A stretch of 63,968 nucleotides of DNA, filler included, from Lenisia limosa (Eukaryota > Protista > Breviatea), in the NCBI GenBank assembly GCA_001655205.1. It is 7 parts of 7 records of this genome, joined end to end, with 100 filler letters (N's around TTAATTAATTAA, not from the genome) between each part and the next. Parts side by side here need not be neighbours in the genome. Positions count along the whole stretch, not along the records: positions 16,810 to 43,000 come from LPNZ01004538.1; 6 more parts are not named here. One strand, given 5' to 3'. Made by a program: the position numbers and the translations under genes. The notes beneath the pieces were generated by a model. It saw only the letters and a list, made by a program, of their open reading frames with translations. It ran no database searches and had not been told where the DNA came from. This document shows, in pieces, positions 16,901 to 28,399 of the stretch (its first letter is position 1; every line of letters begins with the position of its first letter).

Positions 16901-18423
16901 ATTCGTCTGAATACACTTCATGACAGCGGCTTCTACTGTTTCTTTCATCCGAATTGTCTCAGGAACATTAGACCCTGAACCGGCAGAGAAAAAACCGCCA
17001 ATACATGACACAGAATTGTCGACTGATGTCACTACGATTGCTGAGATGCTCTTTGCACGATACATTAGTAACGAGCGTACATCCTCGAGCGTCTTACCGG
17101 CATTCTTACTGTCCATGACGAAGCTGTATTGACACAGGCTGCTAAACACCTCCGGGCAATGGGCCCAAAGGCCTGAATCGAAGGTCGCTGGGGAGGAAAA
17201 TTGGCAGGAGTCACCGGTAAAAACAGAGAAGAAGGTTTCGTTGATATCAGAAATGCTGGAGAGTAACTTGTTATGCCAGTTTTTGTCGGAGCATTCGATC
17301 ACATTGTAGTCGGCGAAAGAATGTCCGGCGGTGAGGGATTGAATTGAGTTTCCGAGGTTCAGCTTCATAATTCCAACAACAGAGACCTCGAGGTAGGCCC
17401 AGGTTTTGTCGTATTCGGAAATAGAGATCTGCTTGGATGAGTTGTGATGTATTATAATCAATCAAGCAACAAANNNNNNNNNNNNNNNNNNNNNNNNNNN
17501 NNNNNNNNNNNNNNNNNNNNNNNNNNNNNNNNNNNNNNNNNNNNNNNNNNNNNNNNNNNNNNNNNNNNNNNNNTGAATGCAAAACAAGAAATTGTGTTTC
17601 AAACATACGAATCCTGACATTTTGACTGAAATTACTAACAAAGGAAAATTCGAGAATTTTGACAATTTCAGTCAAAATGTCAGGCTTCATATCTGGAGCC
17701 TACTAACGCCATTTTAATATCTGATTCGATCATTTTCAGGGTTTTGGGGGTCTGACTTTCTGTTTCTAGCGTCTTTATAAGTTTTAAAGGGCTGTCAGAA
17801 GAGAAAAGGCTGTTTTTTAGACTTTCAAAGCCCTATTTTCCTAATTAGGCAAGTAAGGAACTTTCTGGAACTTTCGGGGTCCGAATCACAAAAATATCGC
17901 AAAAGTTATGAAACTTCCACAAACTTAATTCCAAATTTGAGAACATCCCAAAATAACAACAAGAACAAGATTTCTGAACTGATTATTTCAGAAAATGACC
18001 CCGGGTGCCCGGCCAGGAGTGCCAATTTTCCTGCAATTTGTATGAAATTTTACATTCGGTCATTATTTCGTATTTCTATTGGTTTTTATTGATGTCCAAG
18101 TTTTTTGAAGGAAATTATTCAAAAAGTTTATAAAAATATCGGGATTTATGGGGTTTTATAGGGTTTAGCCGTTCATGCATATTCTGTTTCCAAATATTTT
18201 TTGGGTTCATTTTCTACGCAGTGATATGAACACCCCATATCCACTTGTGTGATAATTGGCCAGCAAGTCTCAATGACACTCTGATATACTCTGGATGGAC
18301 CTTAATGATATCTCTTCTGTTGTCATTTTGACTCTTAAGTCGGTCATATGATATCTCTAGTGGATATTGGTCAACATTTTTACGAAATGCAAGTTCAGAA
18401 ATTGGACCTTTTCTTCTGAACAT
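13942..18423 (-). CDS. Large multi-exon protein with a C-terminal coiled coil (possible degenerate kinesin-like N-terminus)
   Basis: Heptad-rich exons (EEELSTKITELEHKLMVQSQALEEAEK...IEELKAKLEKKIEI*), long exon at 16871-17420, first exons at 18214-18423. Spans a scaffold linker at ~16710-16809, so continuity is inferred. Confidence 0.5.
16669..16709. repeat. 9-mer tandem repeat (gtgcaaaaa)n running into a gap
   Basis: Seen directly, about 4 copies. Confidence 0.85.
16754..16765. other. Artificial contig linker TTAATTAATTAA inside N-runs (also 43045, 55281, 59099, 60654, 62698)
   Basis: Identical 12-mer with stops in all six frames, centred in 44+44 N each time. Confidence 0.95.
17613..17684. 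repeat. Perfect 21 bp inverted repeat with a 30 nt spacer
   Basis: cctgacattttgactgaaatt (17613-17633) and aatttcagtcaaaatgtcagg (17664-17684). Confidence 0.9.
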
Positions 18424-18573
18424 GTATGTTGAAATTTTATGGGCTTCATTTCAGTGGGATAAACTATTTATCAAAATCGATGAATTTCGAGGATTATTTT
18501 TTTTGTTTGTGCAATATAAATTATGTTTTATCCTGCTACTAATAAATATTGTGTCTAACTATCACAAATTCTC

Positions 18574-19990
18574 ATGGAAACAATTGCAATGTTTCCTGAG
18601 TGCAAGCTATCTTCCGTTGTCGACAATTTGGACAAGCTGCTTGAGAACCTAAATTTTTGTTCAACAAACGGAATCCATGTCATCGCAATCAAAACGAACG
18701 GGCACAAGAGCCATGATCGCACAATGGAGGCGTATCGTTCTTCAAAACTCTGGACGCTTCTTCGAGAGGTTGGGAACAGGATGGTTCCGGTTAGTTTATT
18801 TACTATCATAAATACGTAATATGTTGATAGGTGAGTTGTAACTTACATATATCCCAAGGACTATTAGGACCAAATTTCCGCACCTGATCTTGGAGAACTG
18901 GGCACGATCGAAGGCTGTCACATGATTAAACACCCTTTTATGGTAGGTCTGTCATATTTTTTGTTTTGTTTGTAACGCATAGATATTTGATACAGCACCA
19001 TCTTTTTTGCTGCTTGATGTAAACTTATTAATTTTTATTTTTTCTACCTGGTTTATTATTGTATTCTAGGAGAGTTTCCTTCAATGTTGTATTGTTCTTT
19101 CTCAATGCCTGACACCCTTATCCCTTTAGATTGAACACAACTGGAGGTAGAATCCAGAATTACACGTTCTCAAGAAGGACAACGCCATCCATAAGTGGAT
19201 TCTTAATGGGTACTTCCCAATTCGAAACTCGGTTGAGCTCACGCTTTTCTGTACGCTGGGTTATTTTTTGCAATAGTGGCATTTGTATCCAAATCTGAAT
19301 TTTTTTCCCACCCATTCTAACTTGCATCAGATTCTTTTGGTCACGGCTTTACCAAACTCGGTTCTTCATATGTGATTGAGAAGAGAAAGGCAACCATTCA
19401 AAACACTTCGTTCACTCAACAACCCGTACATGTGAAAGTAAGCTTATTTCGTTGTGGCTTTTTTTGTTCATATCCACCTTTTGGTTTGTTCTTAATCTGA
19501 TTATTGGTAGATGCTTTCTGACTCGAAGACTTTGCCTCTTTTGTGAGCAATACCATTGCAATGTCCGTGGCACCATCAAAATCCCCAAGAAAGTTTGTTT
19601 CTTTAAGAATTGATACTCTTTATTTGATTAGGGTTTTTTTTGCTCTCTTTTTTTAGCATTTAACTTTTTTTTAGAAAATTTGCACATTCGAGGTCATGGT
19701 CACTCTTCTTCCTGACAAAAATGGCGAATACAGTCACTTCTTTGTGTACCATCGTTCTGCACACAATGAGTCTTATACTAACGTCTTCCGTGTAAACCCT
19801 TCTTGTGTAAGTGGGGTTTGAATTCAAACTTGTTTTCGCTTGTTGTTTTTTGTTTTTTGTTTGTTTACTTATTCGAGTAGCTGTATTGGTTAACTTCTTC
19901 CAGGAGCCTCTCTTCCGCTGTCAGATCGCCAATCTCAAGTACCTCGCTCTGATCTCCACAATAACTCCCAAGAAGATTTACGCTTGTAGG
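18574..19990 (+). CDS. Hypothetical multi-exon gene, possibly disrupted
   Basis: Exon-like segments METIAMFPEC..., LHVLKKDNAIHKWILNGYFPIRN, KICTFEVMVTLLPDK...; one junction near 19510 could not be phased. Confidence 0.4.
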
Positions 19991-20212
19991 TTTCACCATA
20001 GTTGCTTCCCCCCCCCCAATTTGTTTTTACGGTTATCACCCTCATCGCGCTGTGCTACTTTCACTACGGCAAGGCTATTCGGTTTGCTTGCATTTTGGCT
20101 TGACTTATATGTACTCTTTCTGAAAACTCTGTTTAAAAATTACAGCTGGGAGTGTACTGCTATAATTTGTAGATTTGCAATTATTTTTATATTTGGTGGT
20201 TTACTTGGCACC

Positions 20213-21330
20213 ATGGCCAAGAGGGGTATTGCTGACCCTGAGGCTGTCGTTCGAGTTCTGTCGGATTTCTTTATAAAGTGTCGCGGCTACCCCATCTCCA
20301 ACGCTGACGTTGCCTCCGCCTATATCACATGCATTTGATACAGCATGCAGCTTACCTTGCCTCTGTTATCGATGAATAGGCCTTCCATCCGATGAGTCCA
20401 TGGTTGACGTCTCCATCAATGTGAAGACCAAGGTTATCCAGCTCAAGGATGCTTAGAAGACCTACGGCAAGACCCCCACTCCCCCAAGCCATAAGTAAAT
20501 TTATCATGAGGGATCTCAAAAAAAGATAGAATTCCTCGTAAAATCCTTGATAAATATCAATATTATACTGGCGGTCTTTTTGGACCGTAGGGAATCCTTA
20601 TTCACATTACTTCTTAGAGAGGGGGGGAGNNNNNNNNNNNNNNNNNNNNNNNNNNNNNNNNNNNNNNNNNNNNNNNNNNNNNNNNNNNNNNNNNNNNNNN
20701 NNNNNNNNNNNNNNNNNNNNNNNNNNNNNNNNNNNNNNNNCACTTATGTAGCACTGGTCCTGTTTAAGTTCCTCCTGTGTTTCTTGTAAACCAGAAGACC
20801 GTCAAAAAAGAAGAGGCCATCCTCAAAGAGTATGGTGCCAAGGCCTATCACCCCCCCAATGGATTGCAGGTATGATGATCAAAATTGTGGATTATGGTGC
20901 CATTGCACCTTTTTTGCATCTTGTGAGAGTTTGCTCTTTATTTTGTAGAATGATTACCATTATTACTATTTCTCTTTATTGTATTAGAACGTGAAATCTT
21001 TCACTGCCTGGGGATTTGACGTCTTCGTGCCTGCTGTCAAGGTGCAACGCGAAAAACTTGGCCTCCCCTCCAATGCTCCTACACTTCTTATTCTTGACGG
21101 CCACCTGTCAAGATATGCCCCTGCCCAACTTCGTTTCTTTCTCCTCACAATATCTTTGTTTCCCTCCTCCCATCTCATACCTCCCAAGCCACCCAACACC
21201 TTGATCTCCGCACCTTTGGCGTTCTCCAGACCATCCTCCACTCCACCCTCCGCACCAACCTCATCAAGAAAGCCCCTTCTGATGTTTCGAATGCCACTCA
21301 CAACCGTTGTGTTACCATTTCCGCATGTTG
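20213..21330 (+). pseudogene. Intron-containing pogo/Tigger-like DDE_1 transposase relic (copy 1)
   Basis: DESMVDV, YHPPNGLQ, PTLLILDGHLSR, then after a frameshift LLPSHTSQATQHLDLRTFGVL; in-frame TAG at 20454. Confidence 0.75.
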
Positions 21331-21349
21331 ATTAATACTGCCAAGGAAA

Positions 21350-21900
21350 ATGAGGACGCTTCCGTTGCCACGGACGCTTGGGTAGAAGTTGCATAGTACC
21401 GTGACCAAGACGACCACCCTAACAATTCTGTGTGGTATTTTATACAATTTTTATTGTAAGCGATTGGGGGTGGTATTCTATTGTTCCGCTGAGAAAGCCA
21501 GTGAATAGTAATCAAACACCTTGTTACTGTAGCAACTGAGCGCTGTAGAATTGACGATTTCGATCCTTTTATCGGACGAGCTGACGTTGATCGTATGCTG
21601 TTTTCTTGATTTTTGCATAAATATACTCGACAATCTCCCACCACGACTTGACTTATAGTTTCCATAATGGCATTGTACGTACGTTATCAAATAAAACACA
21701 CATTGCAACACTCCTTCAGGCAATACTATATTTACTCTGACTTGTTTCATACAACACATGACCACTAAAACCAGTGGAAGCTCAGGCTCTCGTGATTCCT
21801 TTCTGGGTAATTATCACTGCAGCAAGCATAATAAGATGGGAAACAAATGGTAAAGAGACATAAGCAATAGGAGAACAATGTAAGTTGAACCATCACACGA
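21350..21900 (-). pseudogene. Possible tyrosine-recombinase-like relic
   Basis: Exon-like segments KSRKQHTINVSSSDKRIEIVNSTALSCY and GGRLGHGTMQLL; motif resemblance only. Confidence 0.25.
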
Positions 21901-22714
21901 GGAGTGAAAGTAAGGATGAGGTAAAAACTGTAAGGGAAAATGGAGAACGTGTGATTATGACAAGTATGATTATTAACCAAGTGTGATTAAGGGAATGTGC
22001 GATGAAAGGGGCACGAATAATTACAAAGGTAACAAGAAGTTAAAAGCCAGGGGAAAGGGGGCTGCAAGTGATTACAATGGGAATGTATGATTAAAGAAAG
22101 AAAGCGATTCAGGGGTACACGCGAACTACGCGAACCAGGGTGATTAGAAGCATCGTGTGAATAAAAATGGGGAAAATTGTCGATTAAAAGAGAGTGTGAT
22201 TAAAAGGGGAGGGAAATAACTCATATTATGTACATAATTCAGTAATAACAAGATGAAAGTAGGCAAGTAAAATAATATAACCAGGATATAATTGTTGAAA
22301 TGAGAACGAGAAGCAAAATAACAAGGTGAGTGCAAGCCGAGGTACCCCCCCCACCAACCTTTCTCACGTTTTGTATTTCAGACATGAGAATGGGGTTCTT
22401 GAGAGTAAGATGATAACCTGAAGGGTATGATATGATTAGGTGGTGAAGAATTACAAAAGGCGTGTTAATGTGTGTGTGTGGGGGGGCGCCAACCCAGGAA
22501 CTGGCTCGGATAAACCCCAATTATAGCCAAAACCGAGAGTAACCTTCGTAATTTTTAATTACTAAAAGCTGTTGTTTTGGAACAAATGTTGTGATTATCA
22601 AACTGACCAAAATCTTCGTTAAAATTTAGTAAGGTAGGCCTACTCCCGTTCGGGGACGTGACGCCCCTAGATATTTTTCAAGTGATTTTGTTGAATTAGC
22701 TACTAATTCACCTA

Positions 22715-23256
22715 GGAGGTGTAAAGAACGGGGGGCGCGGGTCACCACATTTTTTTAAAAAATAATTGTACATGAAGTCCACGTCATCCAAATCAGTAAT
22801 CAGAATTTTGGCAAAAAAATTCAACCACCTTAGCTTGTACTTGAGGCAGTTTGTTTTGTTTATTATATGAATGTCATATAATAATATAATAAGAAGCGCT
22901 ATTGGATCGCCGCTGAAGAGGATCTGTCGAGATTTATAAAGAGGTAACCATCCAATAAAGCGTCTAAGCCCAGTATATTTTTTAATGGTCACTTTTACTT
23001 CAAAATTCCACTCAAATTATGATGAGAATACCTTTCCGCGTTTGTTACAGGAAAAATTCTGCATACAGTCGATAGGGGCACCAAGAGTCACACAGTCCTG
23101 CAAAACGCATAATAAAAACACTAAAAGGAGTAATCTAATCCCTGAAACGCGAAAAGACAATTTTCTCATATTGGAATTTGAAGAAAAAATCGATGACGTG
23201 GACTTCATATACAACTGAGATTTGGACCCCCCCCCCCATATTATCTATACACCTCC
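22715..23256. mobile_element. 542 bp non-autonomous DNA transposon with TA duplication
   Basis: TA|GGAGGTGTA ... TACACCTCC|TA termini, plus a subterminal inverted match gatgacgtggacttcat(g/a)tacaa. Confidence 0.75.
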
Positions 23257-23289
23257 TAAAATTGACCGACTACATACCTTGTCCAAAAA

Positions 23290-24790
23290 ATGCATGTTGG
23301 ATATCAACTTGAATTACAGGAATTGCAAGTTTGCTGCAAGTTTTCTTTGAACTCTCCTTCATGCTCCATATTGACGAGCTCCCCAAGGTCGAGCACAATT
23401 CTGAGGTTATCTAAAACATCTGGCCTACCTGAAGTCGACTTGGTTCCATCCTGATTGGCTTGATAAGCTGGACCATTATAAGCACACTTTATTAACGTCT
23501 TATTGCGACTCTGTTTTGACTTTTTAGCTACCGTCTTTCTCAATGTTCCTGGCCTTACTATTTCCATTGACCGTCTCAACACCGACAATACCTCCGAGGC
23601 CCGTATCAAGCAGATGAAGGTCGATGTCGTCAACAACACTCCCCGCAGGTTCGCTTTATTTCCTCGTTTGTTTACACCTACTTTATGACTTACTGTTATG
23701 TGTTGTCTTTCCTTCTTTTTTGTTTAACACTTTAGTATCTTCTTGTTCCTTTGCAAGTCCGTAAAAAACTTTGAGACTACCTTCGCCATTTACACCTCCC
23801 ATGTCCAAAAAGATGATACCCTTCTGCCCATTGCTGAGAAGATTCGACTTCAACGTGCAGGTTTTTTGGGTCGTTGTTTTTTGTTATCAACATTTGACAT
23901 TGTCTTCCATCTTGTACTGACTTTCTTAGTTGAGCTTTTGGAGAAGGACTGTGTCTGATGGTATCATTGTCAACTTCCACGTTCTTAACGAGGTACATTC
24001 CTTCGCCAATCAGGATTCACCTTGCACTTGTGTCGACTTCGTTCATGCAGTACTACAGAGGGATTGCATTTGTTGTTTTACGTTTTTTGATTCAAATTGA
24101 TTTGGTGTATTCGCTAATCTTCTCTCACTCCCTAGTTGGTGGGAAGGAGGCTGAGAAGGAGGTCATCAACATGGTATGTGCTGCCAACGACTGTGATCGC
24201 GACTCTCTCTCTCTTCCATCTCTAACACCATCAAGAGACCCCGTACTGCCAAGGCCAACAAGTATATTTTCTACTCTTTGCATTTCCATCCGAATTTGGC
24301 AGTAACACTTCAGGGCTGATAGCCGCAAGAAGGGACGTCAGGACCTTGTTGCTCTCGGTCAGGCAGTTCAGCTGAAGGCCAAGGAGACTGCTCCTTGCTT
24401 GTACATCCTGTCCCTCTTCTACTTTTGCTCGTGAAGGAGTATGCTTTCCTTTGCAAGATTATGCCAACTACCAGGAGGACCCCAACATTGTCTTCAATGA
24501 ACTGGTATGTTCTGTTCTTTGACTCACTCTGTCGCTTTTTTTCTTTGCTTCATTCGATCTAATATCCCATTAACTTCCCACCGACCTCCTTTCACTACTA
24601 CTAAGACATTCTCCTCTTGTGCCAAACTGATTGAGGCTCGTGACGCGTGTGCTAGGGATGCTGCCAAGGATGGAAGCGTCTTGTATTGATATGCTGTTTT
24701 CCCCATTTGTTTTTACCTTGTAGGAACAAGTGCATCACACTGCGTTTTCTAACGGACTTGCCATCTCCCAATCTGTGTTAGTTATTATGA
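23290..24790 (+). pseudogene. Intron-containing Mutator-like (MULE) transposase relic with a SWIM-like segment
   Basis: LAYLKSTWFHPDWLDKL and NTDNTSEARIKQMK resemble the MULE YF..W..W and TNNxxE motifs; FHVLNEDSPCTCVDFVHAV is SWIM-like; frameshift near 23410. Confidence 0.55.
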
Positions 24791-24989
24791 TTGAGTCACT
24801 TATCTTCCACGTATGTTTCGGTTTTTAGTGTGTACTGTGTGTATTCTACCTCTTGTTTTTTTGACATTTTTTAAAACGACTATCTTTGCTTCCATCAAGT
24901 CCTCCGTGGCTCTAACTGCAACATCTTGTCTCCGGATGTAAAAACTGTATGCCTCGGGGGGAGGTCTTTTTTCTCTTCTTTAGTCCAAC

Positions 24990-26410
24990 CCGCAGTTCGT
25001 ACCGCAATGCAAGGGCTGCCAAAGCCAGGGGCCTTGACGTCTCCGGAAATTTTCCGGAGCACCTCTGCCGACCGACATTGCTGTTGCCAACATTGTCGAG
25101 AGCATATTGCCTGAGTATTTGTCTCTGACACAAGGAGTGGTCAAATTCCCATCTCTCCATTCATGTTCAGAGATGGTCGAATTCTGGAAGGTGAGACAAT
25201 GTTTCCCTTTGTTTGATTTTTTTAGAATGGATTGCCAAAGAAAAAAGGATGTCCCCAAGAGTTACTTTGAAAACAAAGTTATTGGGAGAAATCTCGCCAA
25301 GGACAAGGACTTAGTGGCAGTCATTGAGGCTGTGGGCTTTCACACTTTCCAGAGCATCGTGCCAACCCAAATGCCAAAGAAACAGGTTGACTCCCTAATG
25401 TATGCATAGTAAGTTTTTTAATGACATTATTTTGCCAGTGTAACGAAAAGCTTTATTTTTGCCGTTGCTACGAAGAGTGTCACGCTAATACTATGGAGAA
25501 GACTCGATATAGTCAGTATTATCAGATTTCCATAATGTATTACATCAAGCTTTCGATTACGATATGGTATAGAGCCTTTCTTATTTGGTACAAGGGCATA
25601 TATCAAGAAAAAGCAAATGAAGTTTCCAAAGATATATCGCAATGAAGTTTCTTCAATTGTTTAGCGACTTTCCACACATTGGTATAGACTAATTTGATTA
25701 TTTTTTTTGAAGTATTTATTTATGTTTAAATCCAATTTAGGGGTCTGGAGAACGAAGTATTCCACACCATTCTATCAAGGATTCCCATCCCTTTAATGAT
25801 GTGTGTTTTTACAGAGTTGTGTATGGGAATATTCACATTTGCATTTGGTTATTGAAAGAGATCCACATTTCATCTTTTAAGAAAAAAGATTCTTCCCTTG
25901 AGAACACAAGTTTGTTTAAACCCTGGTATGCTGAGTCAAAGCCCTTTAAAAAACCCCTTAATGTGAAGACAGTATTCTAAAACGTTGATTTGAAGATGGC
26001 TTTCGGGTGTATCCTCAGGTGAGTCACTAAATATTAGTTTCATTTCGTACAGAACCAATATTCTCACGGATCTTGACGCTGCGAAGGGAGTTTCCTTCAT
26101 TTATACCAGCAAGGTTCCTTTGATTCGACTGGAACTTTCCAAGAAGTGTACTGTTTGCCTGGTGCGCCGCACACGTCTTATTTGCAAAAGTTCAAGCAAC
26201 ACCATTGAATTTCAATGCCCGAATTACTGGAGTTCCGAGGTTATTTCATTTAGTCCCAAAGGCAACTTTTTTTTGATAGATTTGTTTCATGATTAGGATG
26301 TACATCAACCAAAATGTGCTGTGAAATCACTGTGAATTCCAACGTTACGCTCTTCAAGCGAATTCAGACCGCTGCTCTTATTGTGCCGCTGAGATTTGAG
26401 CAGTAAAGAT
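24990..26410 (+). CDS. Hypothetical multi-exon sequence (may continue the MULE locus)
   Basis: Exon-like segments PTDIAVANIVESILPEYL..., KSYFENKVIGRNLAKDKDL, LSKKCTVCLVRRTRLICK. Confidence 0.3.
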
Positions 26411-26779
26411 GGTGTCGGACCGTCAGTTTTTTTATAATATATTTCATATCTCGACCAATTAAAATTTCAGTTTTCCATATGAAGCGTGTTTTGTATATGA
26501 TACATAAAATTTTGTAACCTAGTTTATATTAAGTAGGGCCTAGGGTGGACTGTTTTAGGCAATAATTTTCTTCTGTTTTTCTTTCTAAATCACTACTAAG
26601 CTTGGGTAGAAGAAGGAAACAGTGATAATTAAGGGTAGGAATAGAAGGAGAGTATAATAAAGTGAACTAGTTTTTGAGATCTTACAAAAGTTGAAAAACC
26701 AACAAAAGTCCATCTTGTGTTCATTTGACCTCTAAAATAATGGCACGCAAAATATCCTTGACCCGCTTTAAAGGTGGAA

Positions 26780-26912
26780 GAAGTGTATTTTCTTTATTTT
26801 ACAGGGGGGGAGTGTGTTTATCTTCTTTATTTTAAAGGGGGAGGGGTATTTATCTTCTTTATTTGAAAGTGGGGAGTAGTGTTTGTCTTCTTTATTGTAA
26901 AGGGGGAGGAGT
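26780..26912. repeat. Degenerate ~33 bp minisatellite
   Basis: About 4 copies of tttatcttctttattttaaagggggag. Confidence 0.75.
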
Positions 26913-26919
26913 GTTTGGG

Positions 26920-28085
26920 CCCCTCCTGCTTGACGGTCACTCATCCCGATGCTCCCCCCCTCGCATTTCAACATCTTCTGGATCACAAGATCTTTGCTCT
27001 CCTCCCTCCTACACCTCCCATGCCTCACAACCTCTTGACCGCATGACTTTCGGTGTCTTGAAGGCTGGTGTTCGTGGCTGCCTCTCCTCCAAGGTGTCCA
27101 AGTCCTTCTCTAGGGGCATGACCAAGGCTGCTGTCTACATTGACGATGACACTGCTGAGTCTCTTCGGCTGCGTGCCACTGAGGCAGTCCTGAGTGCCAA
27201 TATCACCGCCACCACTCCCGTCCTCACCGGTAAGGCTTTCGACACTGCCGGTATCAACTTCATCGATGACAAGATCAAGCTGAACCCCTGGGCTCTCTCT
27301 AAGCACTTCTCTTGAAGAGCTCTTTACTATTGGTCTCTACCCTCCTCCCTTTACAGCTGTGTCATCAACACCCTTGAGCTCATCGCTGCCATCTCTATCG
27401 CTAAGTCTGACAATGCCACTCTCGCCAAGTCCAGTTGGCTCCAAGTCCGTGACCTTTACCGCGACAAGGAGTTCGACGCCTACACCTCCAGCAACGACTT
27501 TCCCCTTGCCTGGAACGCCAGTGTCATTGTTGCCACACCGGTATGGGGGACTGGAATACATAAGAATACTTGATAATCAGTCATATTAGAGCAGCATAAT
27601 GGGGGGGGGAAAGAGTCTTTTATGATATGTAACTAACCATTATGCTCAGGCTGCCCCCGATTCCGATGGTACTGATGCCCTTGCTGAGAAGAATGCAAAA
27701 ACGCACCAATGTCGTCCCTCTCACAATCCCTGAGCGAGCCAAGCTCATTAAGGATACCATCGAAAAGGTGTGAAAAGGGTCAAATTTTGTTTGATTCTGT
27801 GAACTTGATGCTGTTCACATTCCAATTTATTCTCAAATTACAATGATCTTATATTCTATTCATTGGGTGCTGTGTTTGCTCGCATTGTTTAACTTTTCTC
27901 AATACAAGGAATCAATAATTGCATTATTTAGGAGCTCAAAGCCAAGTTGGAACGTGAGTGTATTGCTACCCATGCCGCTACCAAGAAGGTCAGAGTTCGA
28001 AGCACAGCTGTCTCCAAGGCTACTGCACCCAAGGCTGCCCCCATCTCCTGCTGGGAGAAATATCAAGAAGGCCCGAAAGGCCTAA
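26920..28085 (+). pseudogene. Intron-containing pogo/Tigger-like DDE_1 transposase (copy 2)
   Basis: LLLDGHSSR ... SYTSHASQPLDRMTFGVLK ... TPVLTGKAFDTAGI; compensating +1/-1 shifts between 26954 and ~27010. Confidence 0.8.
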
Positions 28086-28293
28086 TGTATCTTTCACGAT
28101 TCTAAAGAATTAGAGTTGATTTCTTTTTCAACATGTCAATGATGCTTGCCATTCTTTTTTGTTGAATATTGCAATTTTAGGTCATTTTTCAAGTAAGGTA
28201 ACATGGGGATATAGGCAATTGAAAAATAACCAAAAAGACGGAAATGAAAAGAGAAAAAAAAAACAGAAAAAAATGGATTATAGTCTAATTCAA

Positions 28294-28336
28294 TTCACCC
28301 GATCATTTGCCTTACACACGAGGTGGACTTTCCGTG
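28294..28336 (-). repeat. Divergent relative of the 46-49 nt micro-element
   Basis: Reverse complement reads cacggaaag...gtaaggcaaatgatcgggtga, sharing the 3' 21 nt with 4301 and 6857. Confidence 0.5.
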
Positions 28337-28399
28337 CCAGGCCATGAGAACCATGTCCTAAACCATATAAACCTTGAACAGGCTACTCCGGTAGGTTTA

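Noticed and set aside
19511-19530. In-frame TGA as possible selenocysteine
   Set aside because: The exon phase is unresolved, there is no redox motif, and no SECIS was seen.
25037-25055. ctccggaaa-t-tttccggag palindrome
   Set aside because: Short, single, and within a probable exon; compatible with chance.
26705-28331. 14/16 inverted match as TIRs of pogo copy 2
   Set aside because: Short, not extendable, lacks TA flanks, and the right arm is better explained as the micro-element relative.
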